A stretch of DNA of 64,000 nucleotides, taken from contig CM059433.1 of assembly GCA_030390025.1 (NCBI GenBank), positions 24,988,001-25,052,000 on the forward strand, in the 5' to 3' direction. Shown here piece after piece: positions 58,359-64,000 of this stretch. Origin of the DNA: Squalus acanthias (lineage: Eukaryota). The notes beneath the pieces were generated by a model. It worked only from the letters and a program-made list of their open reading frames with translations. It had not been told where the DNA came from and did not search any database. Position numbers and translations under genes: made by a program. Every line of letters starts with the position of its first letter. The stretch's first letter is position 1.

Positions 58359-60439
58359 GCCCTTGGGTAGTTTTATTTCCATAGCTTTACAGTTCAATAC
58401 CAGAGATATAATCCTATTTAAAGCTGCAGTGCCCCCCGCAGCTGCCTCTTAACTAGATTCTCCTCACAAAATGGGCAGGAGTGAAAGAAGTTTGCCATTG
58501 CCCTTCACCCCTTGACCCTGGATCCTGGCTCTGTTGATTGGTGGGAACTGTTGGGCAGTACAGGAATAAAAGGTCCAGTACCAAAATCAATCTTCCTGTA
58601 AAGACTTAAGTAGCTTTCAAAAAATTGCAACCAACACAAGTGCTTCAGAAGTGGGGTTCTCTTGTTCCTCCTTACACTTGGGGAACATTACATTACAGGG
58701 CCATCTTGGGAATTACAGTACATTATAGTAAAAAACCTACCGGCTCTAAAAAAAAAATGACCTGTCAAACTCAAAACAAAGTGATTCATTCACTAAGCTC
58801 TAGCAATGCATGATTTGTCCAAAGCCTTTCATTCCTTCACTGAAAGTGGTTTGTGACACTGAACAAGTGATGCTCCTTTTGAATGCTAAATTATAAGTGC
58901 CAGTATGAATTGGATGTGTTCCCCAGTTATTTGAAATCAAATGCCAACCGTACGTCTGACTTTTGGAGACCCATTGCTATAGCCTGAAACCATGTGTAAA
59001 TAATAACGTTAGCCAATCCCAAAATGTAAGCTGAGCATCGGTTAATCTTTGCCCAACGTGCCTCAGCCGCATCAGTATGACATTTTTTCCTTTTCCAGAC
59101 AAGCCATCCTGTCCTCGCTTGTTGAATTAGGGACGGTTTGTACTGTAGGCTTATGCCCAAAGGGTCTGCCAACATTGAGACTGTCCAAATACTGGGAGCG
59201 TGGCACAATGGTCCTCCAGTTCTGGGGCCTGGATTCAAATCTAGCCGAGCGTGATGGGGCGAACTCTGTCTGCTGGCCGTCTCCAATATCTGCTCATTTA
59301 ACATTGGACCCTTACACCTATGTCTTTCATCTCCTTATTTAAAACAAGGTGATTTGTCATATTTTCTCACTGTGTGAATAAAGGGTTTTTTCCTATCTCT
59401 GTAATAACTCCCACTAATCTTCATCTCCATATCTATCCTTTGCTGCTATAGTAATGCTCGTTGCTCTTTTTCAAGTCCTGAAATTTTCTAGCGAAGGTTC
59501 CTGGGTGACGGTCACACGGCAGTTCCAGCTCCTCACAGTTGTTGAATTTGAGCTCACGTGCTCCAAGATGTATTGTCACACTCTTTTTCTTTGGAGCGTG
59601 TTTGTGGGTACTCTGCTGCACGATAAAGGTTTCCCCGTTTCACAGTGATGCAATTTACCAGGACCTCCACATCCTGGCCAATGGTTGTGGCGCTCTGCCG
59701 TAAATGAAAAGTTCTGTGTACTGGGTGAATGACATTTTGATCATTTACACTGGTTAGATTGGTTGTTAGCTGCCTGAGCAGTGTACCAGGAGCATTATTA
59801 GTGATTGGCTGGCCTGCTGTTGCTCCCATGAACAAATTTAAGTTGCACGAAATCAAAGTCGCTCTCACCCATCTGTTTGATTGGCAGTCATTAAAATCTA
59901 CAGGACCGGACAAAACCGATTTCTACCATTTTTCCGACAAAGAGAATAGCACGTGGTTACATCATATCCTGTGACCAAAAGTAGGTGTGCTTTAGAAGGA
60001 GGTATGAAGGTCGGTTTATTCCAGTGGTCTGGATTCAGCTGGACCTCAAGACACCTGAGTTCAAGCTCAGGGCGTCTAAGGTTCCATCCAACTACATGTA
60101 ATAGTGCGGACGCATAACACTTATGTGTTTACTACGCTTGATGTATCGATGTAAGATAAGACAAAGGTCAGACAATCTGCTAAGCTTATAGTACTTAATG
60201 AAGTATTAACGCTGCTGACACTAGACTCTTAGACCTATTCATTAATAAGATTGGCTATAATCTGACTTGTCAATACTGCTGTTAATAATGTCAGTGATAG
60301 AAAATGCCTCATTAGTAACTGTAAATATTTGCAGTCACTATTTATATTGCTGCTTCACATAACAATTTTCTGAAAAGGAAAGGAAAATGAGAAATGTGTA
60401 AAGTACAGTTTGAAAATTTGTTTCTCTTATTGCTTGAGA

Positions 60440-61310
60440 TGATCCTTCTGTTACTTACAGAACCTCGACTTATTGATGGCTGTACTGCCATCGAAGATGT
60501 TAGAGCCATCAGCAGAGGCTCCATCATAGAGGGTTCCACGGTGGTGTGGATGGAGCTGACTGCTCGGTCTATGTGGGACAGAATACTCTGTGCCAAGCCT
60601 TGAGTCAAGTTGGAGCTGGACTCCTCCACGCTCCACGCTCCACAACATGTTGTACAAACTCTCTGGTAGGCTGCCCAGTGCATCTAGAATTTCCCGATGT
60701 ATGTCCATGAGTCTTCTTCAGTAACCTGGGCCCTTGAAATCAGCATCTGAGTCCTCTGCAGTAGAACTAGTGTGTGACCTCTCCCACCCAGCATGCTGTC
60801 ACCTATGGCGCCCTATCCCCCTGCACACTTGGCCGGTGAGTCAGCATATGCAGGCCCCTCCTCTAACCTGACCTCTAAAGTCTGTGTGGTGTCAGTATCT
60901 GAGCTGGTGCTTGTGCGATTCAGACACAGTAATGGTGCATCTTCAGGAACACTGCACTCCTCTTCCTCCACTGGTAGAGGGGCTTCCACATTTTCAGCAC
61001 CTGAAATGAAAAGAGAGGGTCAAGGGTTATCTTGTGGTGTAAAGGGAGAGAGGCTGATGAATGCACCTTCAGATTGTCATGCAGCGTATGTATGGTAAGA
61101 GAGGAATCAGGAGAGACAAAGAGGATTAGTTATGAAGGTACCATGCTTGACGTCTCCTCCAGCCTTGCCAATCGCCATGACCTCGACTCTTCCCCTTCCC
61201 ATGATGGCCAGCACGTTTTCTTCAAGGGGGGAGAGAGTGTGCAGATGAGCTATTCCTCCCCTGGTGCCAGCCTGCTGTCTTGGGTACTGTGCTACATTCT
61301 CCTGCAAGAA
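60440..61310 (-). pseudogene. Fossil Harbinger ORF2 (exons 2-3)
   Basis: QENVAQYPRQQAGTRGG..LSPLEENVLAIMG parallels QAKLAHNRRQQQRTGGG..LSDLEERVHRIVA. MDIHREILDALGSLPESL parallels VGMHTELMGAVGRVPECI. An acceptor TTTCAG lies at ~61001. Confidence 0.75.
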
Positions 61311-61379
61311 AGAATAGAGTGTTTTAGTGAGAGAATGTGTCTGTCACGGTAAATAGCTGTTAGGCAATGTGTGAAGGTG

Positions 61380-62546
61380 GCAGGACAAGTTGATGAGGCT
61401 GTTAAAAAAACATATGGGATATCTTTATAAATAGAGGCATGGGGGAAAAATTCAGTTGGTTAGCGCCTCCCGTTAGCACCAGCAGCTGGCGCTAATGGGG
61501 TGCTGATGCAGTAGCGCCGGGGCAAGGCGAATCCAGCGACGCATGGCAAATCCGGAACCCCCATTGTGCCGCCGGTATGATCTGCCATCAGTACAGCTGC
61601 TTGAATCGTCCAGCTCCTTCTCCTTGTCTTGCTGCTGCTGGCTGAGATGGCTGCACAGCCAGCAATGCTGAGAATGAGGTTCTGCAGCATCAATGAACCT
61701 CCCCTTTAAGAACTGGAAAAAGTCTGTGGCAATGATGATTAGCGATTAGACTGCACCTGATATTGGTTCACCCTTTGAGTGTAACGCCAATGAACTTGGG
61801 CTTTAAGGCTTGAGTTAGCGCCCCAATCATTTCTTTGAGCAGTGAGACTTAATTTTGCGTGCAGTCTAAAGCATTAGCGCCTGGCGCTAATTCTCCAGCT
61901 TTTCTAATTTTATTCCCCATTCCTGGGCTATAATGAATTTCTAGCCCATAGAGTACAAAAGCAAGAAACTTATGCTAAACCTATATAAATCACTGGTTAG
62001 GCCTCAGCTGGAGTATTGTGTCCAATTCTGGGCACCACAGTTTAGGAAGGATGTCCTGGTGCAGAGAGGACGCTGAGGAGAATGACCAGGATAGTACCAG
62101 GGAACAGTGATTTCAGTTACGTGGAGAGACTAGAGAAGCAGGGATTGTTGTCCTTAAAGCAGAGAAGGTTAAGTGGAGATTTAATAGAGGTGTTCAAAAT
62201 TATGAAGGATTTTGATAGAGAAAAAAGGAGAAACTGTTTCCACTGGCAGGAGGGTCAGTAACTAGAGGACACAGATTTAAGGTAATTGGCAAAAGAATCA
62301 GAGGAGAGATGAGGTGAATTTTTTTTATGTCTCGAGTTGTTATGATCTGGAATGTATGGCCTGAAAGGGTGGTGGAAGCAGATTCAATAGTAACTTTTAA
62401 AAAGGAATTGGATATATATATGAAAAGGAAAAAATTGCTGGACTATGGGGAAAGAGCAGGTGAGTGACTTTAATTGGAGAGCTCTTTCAAAGAGCCGGCA
62501 CAGGCACGATGGGCTGAATGGCCTCCTGCACTGTATGATTCTATGA
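61380..62546 (+). mobile_element. CR1 3' fragment, interrupted by a MITE
   Basis: GGCAT..AGAGTACAAAAGC is split by the MITE. LYKSLVRPQLEYCVQFW region, and a 3' UTR ending GATTCTATGA. Confidence 0.85.
61441..61947. mobile_element. MITE related to the full-length Harbinger
   Basis: The left end GGGGGAAAAATTCAGTTGGTTAGCGCCTCCCGTTAGC is nearly identical to 28502-28538. The palindrome TTAGCGCCTGGCGCTAA lies at 61874-61890, and the right end reads AATTTCTAGCCC. Confidence 0.85.
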
Positions 62547-62759
62547 TGTGAGTTGCGGATAAGTGAGGCTTGTAATAGTGATGGGTGTGAGGAAAAGGCG
62601 GTGTGGTGAAGTGTGGTGCAGTGATTGTAGTAGAGTGAAGGGAAGCGGGAGAAGGGAACCCTTGTGAGTGCTGTGAGTCTTGAGATTATTGAGGCTGTAG
62701 GTGGTGGAGATATGAGCAGAGATTGAGAAAGCAGTATAATTACCTTATACCTAGTCTAC

Positions 62760-63187
62760 TGCACAGCAACAGGCCATTCAGCCCAACTGGTCTATGCTGA
62801 TGTTTATGCTCCACACGAGCCTCCTCCCACCCCTCTTCATTTAACCCTGTCAGAATAACCTTCTATTCTTTTCTTCCTCATGCTTATCTAGCCTCCCCTG
62901 AAATGCTATTCATCTCAACTACTGCTTGTGGAGCGCATTCCACATTCTAACCACTCTTTGGGTAAAGAAGTTTCTCCTGAATTCCCTATTGGATTTATTA
63001 GTGACTGCCTTATATTTATGGCCACCAGTTTTTGATTTCCCTACAAGTGGAAACATCTTCTCTATGTTTACCCTATCGAACCCCTTCATAATTTTAAAGA
63101 TCTCCAGCAGGTCACCTCTCAGCCTTCTCTTTTCTAGAGAAAAGAGCTCCAGCCTGTTCAGTCTTTCCTGATAGGTATACCCTCAGC
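62760..63187 (-). mobile_element. CR1 3' fragment
   Basis: Reverse-complement similarity to 265-722. Confidence 0.85.
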
Positions 63188-64000
63188 ACCCCATCTACTG
63201 TGTGCCCACCCCCTGTGTGCCCACCCCCTGTGTGCCCCACTCCCCGTGCGCCCAACCCCCTGTGCGCCCCACCCCCTGTGCGCCCCACCCCCTGGACGCC
63301 CCACCCCCTGTACACCCCACCCCCTGTGCGCCCACCCACTGTGTGCTCCGCCCCCTGTGTGCCCCACCCCCTGTGCGCTCCACCCCCTGTGCGCCCCACC
63401 CCCTGTGCGCCCCACCCCCTGTGCGCTCCACCCCCTGTGCGCCTCACTCCCTGTGCGCCCCACCCCCTGTGCGCCCACCCCCTGTCCGCCCCACCCCCTG
63501 TGTGCCCCACCCCCTGTGCGCCCCACCCCTTGTGTGCTCCACCCCCTGTGTGCCCCACCCCCTGTGTGCCCCACCCCCTGTGCCCCCCACCCCCTGTGCG
63601 CTCCACCCGCTGTGCGCCCCACCCCCTGTGCGCCCCACCCCCTGTACGCTCACCCCCTGTCCGCCCCACCCCCTGTACGCTCCACCCCCTGTGTGCCCCA
63701 CCCCCTGTGTGCCCCACCCCCTGTGTGCCCCACCCCCTGTGCGCCCCACCCCCTGTGCGCCCCACCCCCTGTGCGCCCCACCCCCTGTGCGCCCACCCCC
63801 TGTGCGCTCACCCCCTGTCCGCCCCACCCCCTGTACGCTCCACCCCCTGTGTGCCCCACCCCCTGTGTGCCCCACCCCCTGTGCACCCCACCCCCTGTGC
63901 GCCCCACCCCCTGTGCGCCCCACCCCCTGTGCACCGCACCCTCTGTGCCCCACCCCCTGTGCGCACCCCACCCTGTGTGCCCCATCCCCTGTGTGCGTTA
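63188..64000. repeat. C-rich satellite/minisatellite, 15-16-bp unit CCCCACCCCCTGTG(C/T)G, running off the window end
   Basis: About 50 copies, directly visible. Confidence 0.97.

Noticed and set aside
63112..63985. Gly-rich ORFs
   Set aside because: They are translations of the satellite.

Overview
This is vertebrate genomic DNA, most likely a cartilaginous fish (shark), judged from V-SINE/HE1-type and DeuSINE-type SINEs, CR1/L2 LINEs and Penelope terminal repeats. I found no recognisable host-gene exon. The window is a dense nest of transposable elements, and many insertions can be resolved by their target-site duplications (TSDs). The main element is a near-intact 4.1-kb PIF/Harbinger DNA transposon (28502-32637). 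It has 12-bp TIRs, an ATA TSD, an uninterrupted DDE transposase and a convergent three-exon Myb/SANT-like partner gene broken by one in-frame TAG. It sits inside a full-length CR1 LINE, and a matching MITE lies at 61.4 kb. Other content: a Gypsy element with very short (124/136 bp) LTRs and no integrase; a ~1.7-kb solo LTR carrying a Neptune-type Penelope 3' fragment; several Penelope termini with minimal hammerhead-ribozyme motifs; a LINE family with a tRNA-like 5' head and its internally deleted derivative; a four-level nest at 46.6-49.7 kb; many Harbinger fossils and MITEs; an unexplained diverged inverted pair (53.2/60.1 kb); and a C-rich 16-bp satellite at the end. Boundaries of old fragments are approximate, and family names come from recognition, not database search.
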